DNA of 64,000 bases, from positions 36,748 to 100,747 of the forward strand of contig JAFWKJ010000007.1 of assembly GCA_017511375.1 (NCBI GenBank). Reading direction: 5' to 3'. The translations under genes were made by a program, and so were the position numbers. Every line of letters starts with the position of its first letter. The stretch's first letter is position 1. Origin of the DNA: Bacilli bacterium. Its GTDB lineage: Bacteria > Bacillota_I > Bacilli_A > RF39 > UBA660. Positions 1-8,733 of this stretch are shown here, in pieces. The notes under the pieces are model-generated. The model had not been told where the DNA came from and ran no database searches. It saw only the letters and a program-made list of their open reading frames with translations.

Positions 1-485
1 ACCCGTCACAAGGCTTAATTCCCCACTCTTACCAACAATCTTAAGAAGAGCCCAAACAGCCATCACAGGGGCTCTAAATAGCAATTGTAAGCCCATGCTA
101 AGAAGCATTTCAATTTGCGTAACATCATTCGTTGTTCTCGTAATCAAACTACTAGTAGAAAACTTCTTAATTTCAGCAATTCCAAAACTCTCCACTTTAG
201 AAAAGATTTTTCTACGAATCATTCTAGAAAAACGTGCTGATAAAAGAGAAGTAAAAAAGCCAACACAAACCGTACAAATTAAACTACCAACCGCACAAAG
301 AAGCATATGTCCACCAGCAGTCAAAATCTCCTTCATTGTACTTCCATCTGTTTGAATTAACTTCGTAATATTACTCATATATTCAGGCATTCTCAAATCT
401 AAAAACACTGCAAAAACAACTAAACAAAAAACAACAAAGATAATTCCAAAATCTTTCTTTTCTAAATTTTTAAATAATCGAATCA
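1..485 (-). CDS. ABC transporter permease/ATP-binding protein, N-terminal part (partial; continues beyond the window)
   Basis: The minus-strand ATG at 485 follows GAAGGAG. The translation MIRLFKNLEKKDFGIIFVVF...RMIRRKIFSKVESF...TNDVTQIEMLL is typical of a type I ABC exporter membrane domain. The 95..355 plus ORF is its antisense shadow. Confidence 0.8.
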
Positions 486-530
486 TGTTACTCCTTCTTT
501 CAATCATAGTATTTTATGCTTATAACATTC

Positions 531-559
531 ATCATAGAATAATGAAAAACAATAGTCAA
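531..559 (-). promoter_or_regulatory. sigma-70-like promoter, TTGACT-17nt-TATGAT
   Basis: The minus strand reads TTGACT (559-554), a 17-nt spacer, then TATGAT (536-531). This lies about 45 nt upstream of the ABC gene start at 485. Confidence 0.5.
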
Positions 560-591
560 GCATCCAAATAAAGGTTCAAAAAAGTTGACAA

Positions 592-1431
592 CTATTTTAA
601 GTAATCTTTTAAAAGATTCATACATTTATGGGTATCTTCAACCCCTAACTGATACATTTCTAAAATTTTTTTTTTATTCTTTTCAACCCTCTTAATTTTA
701 ATAAAACGAGATGGTCGAATGACAAAACAACTTTTTTTATCTTCTCTCACAATATATTTTTTAGTTTTATTATACTCCTTAGGTCGAGACTGAATGGTAG
801 AAAGAAACTGAGGATACTTCCTATAAAACAATTGAAACAAAAAGATAGATTTTTCCTTCTTTCGATACTCCTTCATTCTCGTCTCAACAACAATAATCCT
901 ATCATATCCTTTTTTGATAGCCCACTCTATCGGTACGCTATCACTGATTCCCCCATCTAAATACTTTTTACCATCAATTTCAACCATTTTAGAAACAATC
1001 GGCATAGAACCAGATGCCCTCAAATATTCCATTTGATTTTCTAAATCTTTTATTTCAATATATTCAGGCTTACCCGTTTCAACATTCGTTACCACACAAT
1101 AGAATTTAATTTTTGATTTTTGAAACGCATGAAAATCAAAAGGATCCTTTTCATGAACCAAAGTATCAAAACAAAAGTCTTTGTTCATGATGTTACCTGT
1201 AGTAATTAATGAATATAGGCCCATATAATGTTTATTATGAAGATTATCTAAATTATAGCGAAGGACCCTACCCTTTTGTTTAGAAATATAATTAATACCG
1301 AATAAAGCTCCTGCAGAAACTCCTACAACAGCATCCACTTGAATATGATTCTCTAATAATACATCCAATACTCCTGCTGTATAAATTCCTCTTAAGCCTC
1401 CACCTTCTAGTACTAATATTGTTTTTTTCAT
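592..1431 (-). CDS. patatin-like phospholipase
   Basis: GGGLRG oxyanion motif, GVSAG (GxSxG nucleophile) and DGG are present. GGTGAG RBS. Confidence 0.85.
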   Translation of the reverse strand: MKKTILVLEGGGLRGIYTAGVLDVLLENHIQVDAVVGVSAGALFGINYISKQKGRVLRYNLDNLHNKHYMGLYSLITTGNIMNKDFCFDTLVHEKDPFDFHAFQKSKIKFYCVVTNVETGKPEYIEIKDLENQMEYLRASGSMPIVSKMVEIDGKKYLDGGISDSVPIEWAIKKGYDRIIVVETRMKEYRKKEKSIFLFQLFYRKYPQFLSTIQSRPKEYNKTKKYIVREDKKSCFVIRPSRFIKIKRVEKNKKKILEMYQLGVEDTHKCMNLLKDYLK

Positions 1432-1485
1432 AATCTCACCACATTTATTATAACATAAAAAAAAGACAAATAATTGTCCTTTCTA

Positions 1486-2127
1486 TTACTTACATATATC
1501 ATACATTTCTGAATTTAAGGAAATAGTAACATCTCTATTACTGCCATTATGACATTGATACAAATAAAATGTTTGCGTAGTAAAAGATGGATCTTTCACA
1601 ACATATCGTTCCGTTCCTCCCTCATCTATTCCCGTAAATGACATTTTCATAAGCAAATCATTTAGGAAAGTAGGTTTTTCAGAAAGAACTTCATTAAATT
1701 CCTTACTTTCTTTTTCTTTTACATTTTTTAACTTCAAGCTAGAAATACATTCTATAAACACTTTCTTTCCTTCTAATTCCTGATAAACATGTCTATCATT
1801 AGGACAATCAGAAGAAGGGGTAACATACATGACATATTCATTTTCACGACTAACTGGTTTTGTTCTTATATTAACTACTTGATTTAAAAACCGATACTGA
1901 ATATCAGAAGAAATAGATAATCTCTCACTAGGATTTCTTCTAATGGTTCTTTCGGCTACATAAAAAATTCCCCTAAATGTTTCTTTTTTATGAAATTGAT
2001 TATATTCTACTTTACAAAAAACAGGCAATTCTCCCCTTTGCATAAGCTGATAATCAACATAAGCAGTAGCAGCTCCAAAAAACACAAGAATCCATAATAA
2101 TAACCTAATTTTATTTAAAATTCTCAT
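1486..2127 (-). CDS. hypothetical membrane-anchored protein
   Basis: Long ORF with one N-terminal hydrophobic helix. No recognisable motif. Confidence 0.55.
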   Translation of the reverse strand: MRILNKIRLLLWILVFFGAATAYVDYQLMQRGELPVFCKVEYNQFHKKETFRGIFYVAERTIRRNPSERLSISSDIQYRFLNQVVNIRTKPVSRENEYVMYVTPSSDCPNDRHVYQELEGKKVFIECISSLKLKNVKEKESKEFNEVLSEKPTFLNDLLMKMSFTGIDEGGTERYVVKDPSFTTQTFYLYQCHNGSNRDVTISLNSEMYDICK

Positions 2128-2198
2128 AGTAATCCCTCTTTATTATCTACTCTATTATATCAAAAAACAAAAATACTAGTCAATGGAACTAGTTATTT

Positions 2199-3074
2199 TT
2201 ATACACCAAAAACATCTCTTAATTTTTCCGTTTCAATGTTAGGATACAATTCTTCATAATAAATTTTTGTAATTTCAATAGTTGTATCTCCTAAACCATC
2301 ATAAACAGAATAAGCACCTCCTGCTGCCCAGGTTGCATCAAAAATATAATATTTTCCTTCATATTCTACATAATTCCACATATGACCCATGTTTTGCCCA
2401 ATGTAATTCCCACTTACATAGGATCTAGCGCTATATCCCATTACAATAAAAGATTTGATACCAATATTTTGAAAAAGTATTTGAGAAGTTTTCGCAAAAC
2501 CTGCACAAACACTAGAACCTTTCGAGAAAAAACTATAAATAGATTGATTATTCTTGGAATCTGTAAATAAATAATCATAATTATGTTTTCCAATATAATT
2601 ATACACATAAAGAATTTTATCCTTATCGGACATATCTTTTGTTTCTTCCCGAACAAACTCTATTTCTCGATCGATACGTTTCGCTCCATATTTTGCAACT
2701 AATTGATTATCAATCTTTATACCATCCGTTTTATATAAAATTTCAGGATGATCTAAATAAGCAGCTGAAACAACAAGATTCCCCACTGAATAATCACATT
2801 TTTTATTAAAGCATTTTTCACTAAACTCCGGAGTCCGAGTATGAATAAAATCATAATAATCATCAGAATCACTATTCCTTAACAAATGATTTTTAAAATA
2901 TTCATCACTCACATATAAATCATTCACATATGCGTCACTACTTCTATATTCATCTGTCATTAATGGATTCCCACTTATGGGTCTAAAATACATATTATAG
3001 GGAAAATACCAAATCGTATAGGCAATAACAATAATAAAATATAATATAATCCTAAACTTATGCAAATAAAACAC
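2199..3074 (-). CDS. membrane-anchored transglutaminase-like protein, paralog 1
   Basis: N-terminal TM helix. SVCAGFAK (Cys), HMWNYVEYEGKYY (His) and FDAT (Asp) resemble a transglutaminase-core triad. The start is non-ATG (GTG or TTG). Confidence 0.7.
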   Translation of the reverse strand: MFYLHKFRIILYFIIVIAYTIWYFPYNMYFRPISGNPLMTDEYRSSDAYVNDLYVSDEYFKNHLLRNSDSDDYYDFIHTRTPEFSEKCFNKKCDYSVGNLVVSAAYLDHPEILYKTDGIKIDNQLVAKYGAKRIDREIEFVREETKDMSDKDKILYVYNYIGKHNYDYLFTDSKNNQSIYSFFSKGSSVCAGFAKTSQILFQNIGIKSFIVMGYSARSYVSGNYIGQNMGHMWNYVEYEGKYYIFDATWAAGGAYSVYDGLGDTTIEITKIYYEELYPNIETEKLRDVFGV

Positions 3075-3092
3075 CTACCCTATATCAAACAC

Positions 3093-3782
3093 TTATATCC
3101 CAAAAACATCTTGTAAAGCTGTTTCTTCAATAGGAGGATATAATTCCTCATGTAAACCAGTCGTTTCCCCAATTGTTGTCCGCCCCAAACCTTCATAGAA
3201 AGCTGGACTTCCTTTTCTTTGACAAGCCCCAACCGTTGCATCAAACACATAAAATTTTCCTTCATATTCTACATAATTCCACATATGATTTGAACCATGA
3301 ACCAAATAAGAATTAATTCCTATGTTTTGAAAAATCACCTGAGATGTTTTCGCAAACCCAGCACAAACGGTTGAACTTGTAGAATAAAAACTATAAATAG
3401 ATTGATTATCCATAGATCCCGTAAAAACATAGTCATAATGTTTTCTAGAAACATAGTCATAAACATAGATAATTTTATCTTTATCACTCATATTTTTTGT
3501 TTCTTTTTGAATAATATCAATCTCACGAGCAATTCTTCTAACCCCAAGGTAAGCAATAATTTTATTATCTACAATACTATATTCTTTAAAAATAACCTCA
3601 GGATGATCAATAGAATAATCCCCAAAATACTCATCGCTTACATATAAATCATTCACATAAGCATCACTATTTCTATATAAATCAGTCATAAGAGGATTTC
3701 CCTTAATAGGCCTAAAGTAAAAATTAAAAAAGAAAAAAACAATTACCAAATAACAATATAATATGAATCTTTTCTTAAACAT
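3093..3782 (-). CDS. membrane-anchored transglutaminase-like protein, paralog 2 (short form)
   Basis: Same motifs: TVCAGFAK, HMWNYVEYEGKFY, FDAT. The ATG at 3782 follows GGTGA; the track start at 3794 is GTG. It lacks most of the variable middle segment. Confidence 0.7.
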   Translation of the reverse strand: MFKKRFILYCYLVIVFFFFNFYFRPIKGNPLMTDLYRNSDAYVNDLYVSDEYFGDYSIDHPEVIFKEYSIVDNKIIAYLGVRRIAREIDIIQKETKNMSDKDKIIYVYDYVSRKHYDYVFTGSMDNQSIYSFYSTSSTVCAGFAKTSQVIFQNIGINSYLVHGSNHMWNYVEYEGKFYVFDATVGACQRKGSPAFYEGLGRTTIGETTGLHEELYPPIEETALQDVFGI

Positions 3783-3804
3783 AATAATCACCAATAATCA
3801 CATT

Positions 3805-4668
3805 TTATACGTCAAAAATATCTCTCAAACAATCACTTTCAACCTCTGGATAAAACTCTTTAAAGAAGCCCGTTCTTTCTCCTGTCGTTGTAATACACAA
3901 ACCCTCATAATACTCATGAGAAGATTTATCACGGAAAGAGGCTCCAACAGTCGCATCAAAGATATAATACTTTCCTTCATATTCTACATAATTCCACAAA
4001 TGATCAGAATCAATAACTAAATAGGATTGGATACCAATATTTTGAAAAATAATTTGAGCCGATTTTGCAAAACCAGCACATACACTCGTCCCCTTAGTAA
4101 AAAAACTATAAGCAGACTGATTGTCCGCAGACCAGGTAAAACCAAGATCATAATTATGAGAGGCAATATAATCATACACATATAGTATTTTATCTTTGTC
4201 AGACATTCCTTTTGTATCTTTTCTAATATTTTCCATTTCCCGTTCAATACGTCTAGTCCCAAAATAAGTAAAAACTTTATTTAAATTGGAAGAATTAGAA
4301 TATTCAATGGAATCCCCAACAGCACGCCAAGTAGTAATCAACTGAAAACTAATCAACTCTGGATGATCCAATATAATAGCATAAACAGCATCTGAAAACG
4401 CCTCACAATCTGTTCCACAAGGAATAGTTACATCTTTTTCATCCTCTAAACTAACTCGAATTGCCTTATAATACATCATATAGTCAGCTGGATCTAATAA
4501 CTTTTCTTTAAAATATTCATCACTTTTATAAAGCCCATTTACATAAGCATCACTATCCATATATTCTTGAGTAATCAAAGGATTTCCATCGATTGGTCTA
4601 TAATAAAAGTTAAATGCAGATAAAGCAATAATTAAAAGAAATAGAATAACAACTCTTATTTTTTTCAT
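3805..4668 (-). CDS. membrane-anchored transglutaminase-like protein, paralog 3
   Basis: SVCAGFAK, HLWNYVEYEGKYY, FDAT. GGAGG RBS. Confidence 0.7.
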   Translation of the reverse strand: MKKIRVVILFLLIIALSAFNFYYRPIDGNPLITQEYMDSDAYVNGLYKSDEYFKEKLLDPADYMMYYKAIRVSLEDEKDVTIPCGTDCEAFSDAVYAIILDHPELISFQLITTWRAVGDSIEYSNSSNLNKVFTYFGTRRIEREMENIRKDTKGMSDKDKILYVYDYIASHNYDLGFTWSADNQSAYSFFTKGTSVCAGFAKSAQIIFQNIGIQSYLVIDSDHLWNYVEYEGKYYIFDATVGASFRDKSSHEYYEGLCITTTGERTGFFKEFYPEVESDCLRDIFDV

Positions 4669-4695
4669 TTAAAAACCTCCAATCCAATTAACTAA

Positions 4696-5538
4696 TTAAT
4701 CTAAACCAAAAGCACTTAATAATGTTTCATTCTCGATAGGAGGATACCATTCTATATGAAAAGGCGTCCCACCCCCATGACTTTCCAATCCCCCATAATA
4801 ATCAGAATCTGTTTTTTTAGAGCCAGCGGCAAATGTCGAATCAAAAGTGTAGTATTTCCCTTCATATTCCACATAATTCCACGCATGATAGTCACTAGCA
4901 ACACCATCACTAATAACCAAATAAGATTTAATTCCAATATTTTGAAAAAGTATTTGAGAAGTGCTAGCAAAACCTCCACAAACACCTCTTCCATCTAAGA
5001 TAACTGTATCAATATACTGATTAGAAGGACCTTTATAATAATCATATTCTCTTTCCCCCATAAAATTATAAACATATAGTATTTTTTCTTTATCAGACAT
5101 TCCTTCTGTTTCTTTTCTAATATCAGCTAATACGCGACCTACCTTTCTCATAGCAAAATATCCAAAAATACCCATTCTTTGGAGATACTCTGGATGATCT
5201 AGCCAAGCTGCCGCACTAATATAAACATCCCTAGGATTATCATAAGCCAGATTAAGATCATTTCCATCTATCAATCCGCGATCATGAAGACCATGAACGC
5301 TCTTATAATATCGACTTTCCTCTTCTAGATTTTGTAAAACTTTATTTTTAAAGTATTCATCACTTCTATATAAATCATTCACATAAGCATAACTATTTCT
5401 ATATTCATCATCTACCAAAGGATTTCCTTCAATAGAACCAAAAAGATACTGAAAAGAATTAATATTTGGGGTAAAGAAAACATATGTCAAAACTCCAACA
5501 ACTAACAAAAATACTAATAGTTTAAGAATTTTTTTCAT
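4696..5538 (-). CDS. membrane-anchored transglutaminase-like protein, paralog 4
   Basis: GVCGGFAS, HAWNYVEYEGKYY, FDST. The ATG at 5538 follows GGTGA; the track start at 5547 is GTG. Confidence 0.7.
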   Translation of the reverse strand: MKKILKLLVFLLVVGVLTYVFFTPNINSFQYLFGSIEGNPLVDDEYRNSYAYVNDLYRSDEYFKNKVLQNLEEESRYYKSVHGLHDRGLIDGNDLNLAYDNPRDVYISAAAWLDHPEYLQRMGIFGYFAMRKVGRVLADIRKETEGMSDKEKILYVYNFMGEREYDYYKGPSNQYIDTVILDGRGVCGGFASTSQILFQNIGIKSYLVISDGVASDYHAWNYVEYEGKYYTFDSTFAAGSKKTDSDYYGGLESHGGGTPFHIEWYPPIENETLLSAFGLD

Positions 5539-5568
5539 GAAAATCACCTATATATTCTTCTATAAATA

Positions 5569-6444
5569 CTATAAACCAAAAACTTCTTTTAGAGATTTAT
5601 TTTCAATCTGTGGATATAAATCTTTATAAAGCAAAGTATAACCATCATCTGGGCTAAAAACAAGTCCATCATAATAAGCTAAATTATTAGGATCTGTTGT
5701 TTGGAAAAAAAAGGTGGAATCAAAATAATAATACTTTCCCTCATACTCCACGATATTAAGAGGTTTAGCATAATCGTCATTTATATAATAAACAATATAG
5801 GACTTAATACCTATATTCTGACAAATAACTTGTGCAAGAGCAGGATAGCCTCCAAACAATTCAGAATAGCTCGCCAAATAATTATACCATTTATCATTCG
5901 CAATGAGATCTCCATAAAAGAAATCTTCTCTATTCTCCACCATATATTTATAAACAAAAAGAATTTTATCCTGATCTGACATTTTTTTTGTTTTTTTTCT
6001 GATATCATCCATTTCTCTTTCAAACCATCTTAATCTAAGGTTAGAAACAACAATTTCTTTAGAACCGCCTATGACTTTTTTGGGAAAAATAAATTCAGGA
6101 TGATCAAGTTCACGGACATAAGAAACTTTATGAAAATCAATCCCTTCACAAGAAGAAAGAGGGCAACCATCCGTAGTAATTTTTCCATGAATAGCCAAAT
6201 CATAATACTGTTCCTCTAAATCAGAAAAATGCAAAGCATTTTTAAAATAATCATCACTAACATAAAGATTATTTACATAAGAACTGCTTTTTTTATATTC
6301 ATTTGTCATTAATGGATTTCCTTCAATCGGTCTATAACAAAAATTATAAAAGAAAGAACCAATAATAATTGCAAAATATAAAAACACTCTGATTCTAAAT
6401 CTTATTTTACGTTTAAATATTTCTAAATTCATATACTTCACCAC
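5569..6444 (-). CDS. transglutaminase-like paralog 5, catalytic Cys and His replaced
   Basis: It aligns with paralogs 1-4 (RPIEGNPLMTNEY, MSDQDKILFVYKY, NIVEYEGKYYYFDST). It has ELFGGYP in place of SVCAGFA, and KPLNIVEYEG in place of HMWNYVEYEG. Confidence 0.65.
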   Translation of the reverse strand: MVKYMNLEIFKRKIRFRIRVFLYFAIIIGSFFYNFCYRPIEGNPLMTNEYKKSSSYVNNLYVSDDYFKNALHFSDLEEQYYDLAIHGKITTDGCPLSSCEGIDFHKVSYVRELDHPEFIFPKKVIGGSKEIVVSNLRLRWFEREMDDIRKKTKKMSDQDKILFVYKYMVENREDFFYGDLIANDKWYNYLASYSELFGGYPALAQVICQNIGIKSYIVYYINDDYAKPLNIVEYEGKYYYFDSTFFFQTTDPNNLAYYDGLVFSPDDGYTLLYKDLYPQIENKSLKEVFGL

Positions 6445-6475
6445 ACAATAATAAAACCTATTTCAATATATGAAT

Positions 6476-7045
6476 TTAGGATTCTTTATTAACTCCTTCA
6501 AAGTAATATAAAATATCATTAATAAACCTAACACCTGGCACAAGAAAATTATGATCTATATAAGTTAAATTTTGATGAGCAGCATCACCGAAAATAGAAA
6601 ATAATTTTTGATAATCCGTTTTTGTTTGAAAGAATGTCTGATATTTATTGATCATAGATAAATCATCAAAAGTCATGGAACTAATAACACCCGTTTCTAA
6701 GTTAATCATCTTTTTATAGAAAACATTAATATATTCAAAATAAAGATAAATAACCGCAAATTCAATAGGCGTAACTCCAAATTGTTGAGAAGCGGAAGCT
6801 AAAACTATTTTTTCATCATCTTTATAATTCAAATAGATATTCTGTAAAGTAGAAAGATTTGCTGTTCCATTAATTCCATAAAACTGCGCAAACGAAAGAT
6901 AAGAATCATAATTAATGAGAGAAAACGCCCTGTTTTTTACCTTGTTTTTTAAAATAATAACACTAAGTTTATCATAGATAGCCCAGAAAGCAATATAGCA
7001 TACTGTAAAAACCCCTATAAAAATCAAAAACTCTTTCATTCTCAT
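6476..7045 (-). CDS. hypothetical membrane-anchored protein
   Basis: Long ORF with an N-terminal TM helix, 31 nt upstream of the paralog array. No motif recognised. Confidence 0.55.
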   Translation of the reverse strand: MRMKEFLIFIGVFTVCYIAFWAIYDKLSVIILKNKVKNRAFSLINYDSYLSFAQFYGINGTANLSTLQNIYLNYKDDEKIVLASASQQFGVTPIEFAVIYLYFEYINVFYKKMINLETGVISSMTFDDLSMINKYQTFFQTKTDYQKLFSIFGDAAHQNLTYIDHNFLVPGVRFINDILYYFEGVNKES

Positions 7046-7092
7046 ATTACATCATCCCTATCCTAATCTTATAATAAGTCAATAAAATAGTA

Positions 7093-7118
7093 AAGAAAAA
7101 ACCAGGAACTTCTGGTTT
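7093..7118 (-). terminator. intrinsic terminator after trxA
   Basis: Minus RNA forms AACCAG-AAGTTC-CTGGTT followed by TTTTTC. It overlaps the trxA stop codon. Confidence 0.6.
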
Positions 7119-7419
7119 ACTTTACAAATGATTCTAAATCATCTTTTGACAAAAATCCTACATGTTTTTGAATCAGTTTTCCATCCTCAAATAATAATAA
7201 AGTAGGAATAGACATAATTCCATATTCTTTTGCAATGTTTTCCGCTTCATCCACATCTAATTTATAAAACTTACAAGATGTGTTTTCTTTTGCTACCTCT
7301 TCGACAATCGGAGCAAGCATTTTGCAAGGACCACACCATGTTGCATAACAGTCTACAAGTACTTTTCCTTTTTCTACTTTCTCATAAAAATCCTTTTCCT
7401 TTAATTCTATAACTTCCAT
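7117..7419 (-). CDS. trxA: thioredoxin
   Basis: WCGPC active site, 100 aa. The start is 1 nt after the trxB stop. Confidence 0.9.
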   Translation of the reverse strand: MEVIELKEKDFYEKVEKGKVLVDCYATWCGPCKMLAPIVEEVAKENTSCKFYKLDVDEAENIAKEYGIMSIPTLLLFEDGKLIQKHVGFLSKDDLESFVK

Positions 7420-7420
7420 A

Positions 7421-8311
7421 TTAATCCTCCCATTCTTTTATAGCTTTCGTAGCAGCCATTGCCCCATCCGCAACCGCTGTCGTTAACTGCCTCAATTCTT
7501 TATCTCGTGTATCTCCTGCCACGTATATTTTAGGATGAGATGTATGTATCCCATCAGAAGAAGCAATATATCCTTCTGGAGTCAAAGAAACCACATTAGA
7601 AAACATTTCATTATTAGGTACTTTCCCAATCGCCACAAAAAGGCCTTCTATATCTATCTTTCTTTTTTGATGATTAGACTCAATTTCTATCCCTTCTAGT
7701 GTATCATTCCCAAATAACTCAGTAATCATACTTTGATATACAATTTCAATATTATTTTTATTCTTTACTTCTTGAACAAGTCTTTCTTCCCCTCTAAATT
7801 GATCTCTACGTAATATTAGAAATACTTTATTAGCTAAATGAGAAAGATAAATTGCATCTTCAAGGGCAGTATTCCCGCCCCCATAAACAGCCACATTTTT
7901 TCCTTTAAAAAAGGCTCCATCACATGTGGCACAATAAGAAATTCCTTTTCCTAACAAAAAATCTTCTTTTTCTAATCCAAGTTTTCTACTTTCTACCCCT
8001 GTTGCAAGAATAATAGTTTTTCCTTGATATTCATGTTGAGCAGTATATACTTTTAAATCTTCATCAATTTTTAGAACAGCTTCCATGTGTATTTCTACTC
8101 CAACATCCTTTACTTGTTGATACAAATTAGTAGCAAAATCAAAACCAGAAACATTGGGAATACCAGGATAATTATCAATTCTCATAGAATTAATAATTTG
8201 ACCCCCATATGTTTTCCCTTCTAAAACTAATACTTTTTTATTGGCTCTTCCCGCATAAAGAGCAGCCGTTAAACCAGCAGGACCTGCCCCTACAATAATA
8301 ATATCGTACAT
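7421..8311 (-). CDS. trxB: thioredoxin-disulfide reductase
   Basis: GAGPAG FAD motif, CATCDG redox-active pair and a GGGNTA NADPH motif. Confidence 0.9.
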   Translation of the reverse strand: MYDIIIVGAGPAGLTAALYAGRANKKVLVLEGKTYGGQIINSMRIDNYPGIPNVSGFDFATNLYQQVKDVGVEIHMEAVLKIDEDLKVYTAQHEYQGKTIILATGVESRKLGLEKEDFLLGKGISYCATCDGAFFKGKNVAVYGGGNTALEDAIYLSHLANKVFLILRRDQFRGEERLVQEVKNKNNIEIVYQSMITELFGNDTLEGIEIESNHQKRKIDIEGLFVAIGKVPNNEMFSNVVSLTPEGYIASSDGIHTSHPKIYVAGDTRDKELRQLTTAVADGAMAATKAIKEWED

Positions 8312-8340
8312 AAATCCTCCTATATATTTAAAAAAGATAT

Positions 8341-8526
8341 CTATTCCTTGACATCCTTATCTTCTGAATTTGACTCCATTACATCCACTAATTCTTTTTC
8401 TAATTGATGATTATGATCTTCTACTTTTTGATTAATTTCTTCCTCAATAGGTTCATAAATATTTTCTAAGGAAGGTTGAACTTTATCTAATTCATCCGAA
8501 ATAATCTTTTCTATCTCTTCTCTCAT
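8341..8526 (-). CDS. small acidic hypothetical protein (61 aa)
   Basis: The ATG at 8526 follows AGAGGAG. The track start at 8550 lies inside the predicted -10 element, so the shorter form is preferred. Confidence 0.45.
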   Translation of the reverse strand: MREEIEKIISDELDKVQPSLENIYEPIEEEINQKVEDHNHQLEKELVDVMESNSEDKDVKE

Positions 8527-8548
8527 GAATTCTCCTCTTTCTAGAATC

Positions 8549-8557
8549 ATTATATCA
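8549..8557 (-). promoter_or_regulatory. extended -10 promoter element TGATATAAT
   Basis: The minus strand reads TGATATAAT about 22 nt upstream of the ATG at 8526, directly after the tRNA terminator. Confidence 0.4.
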
Positions 8558-8562
8558 TAAAA

Positions 8563-8585
8563 TAAAAAAATCGGAAATATCCGAT
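8563..8585 (-). terminator. intrinsic terminator after tRNA-Glu
   Basis: Minus RNA forms ATCGGA-TATT-TCCGAT followed by TTTTTTT. Confidence 0.65.
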
Positions 8586-8595
8586 TAATTTCAAA

Positions 8596-8672
8596 TGGTA
8601 GCCTGTACGGAATTCGAATCCGTGAATGTTACCTTGAGAGGGTAATGTGTTAAGCCACTTCACCAACAGGCC
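8596..8672 (-). tRNA. tRNA-Glu, anticodon CUC, with encoded CCA
   Basis: Hand-folded from GGCCTGT/ACAGGCT (acceptor), TTACC-CTCTCAA-GGTAA (anticodon arm; U33, CTC, A37), ACGGA-TTCGAAT-TCCGT (T arm), then A-CCA. The overall sequence resembles Bacillus tRNA-Glu. Confidence 0.85.
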
Positions 8673-8691
8673 ATATATAAAAGACTATTTA

Positions 8692-8720
8692 ATGATAACA
8701 TATTTTTCGTTTTTCATCAA
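8692..8720 (-). promoter_or_regulatory. candidate promoter for tRNA-Glu, TTGATG-17nt-TATCAT
   Basis: The -35 is at 8720-8715 and the -10 at 8697-8692 on the minus strand, about 20 nt upstream of the mature 5' end. Confidence 0.4.
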
Positions 8721-8733
8721 TAGCCTTTATCGA

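Larger units (their letters stand above)
2199..6444 (-). repeat. tandem array of five paralogous genes
   Basis: All five share one protein architecture. Identical nucleotide blocks occur at 2352-2385 = 3255-3288 (34 nt) and 2461-2489 = 4934-4962 (29 nt). Confidence 0.85.

Noticed and set aside
95-355. 86-aa plus-strand ORF at the start of the window
   Set aside because: It lies antisense to a clear ABC exporter membrane-domain gene (1-485, minus) that has a good RBS and promoter. Its translation is low-complexity. I treat it as a shadow ORF.
2382-6023. Recurrent 60-90-aa ORFs inside the paralog array (2382..2570, 2441..2656, 3402..3647, 4017..4262, 4752..4994, 4756..4998, 5701..5979, 5811..6023)
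   Set aside because: They are out-of-frame or antisense shadows of the transglutaminase-like genes. They recur only because the underlying genes are paralogous. None has an RBS or a sensible composition.
2199-6444. Repeated sequence blocks that could be mistaken for a CRISPR or other non-coding repeat array
   Set aside because: The repeat unit is about 0.7-0.9 kb and fully coding. The identical blocks are conserved protein motifs. There is no short direct-repeat/spacer periodicity anywhere in the window.
8596-8672. tRNA gene as an integration site for a genomic island covering the paralog array
   Set aside because: There is no integrase, no direct repeat of the tRNA 3' end and no mobile-element genes nearby. 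trxA and trxB lie between the tRNA and the array.
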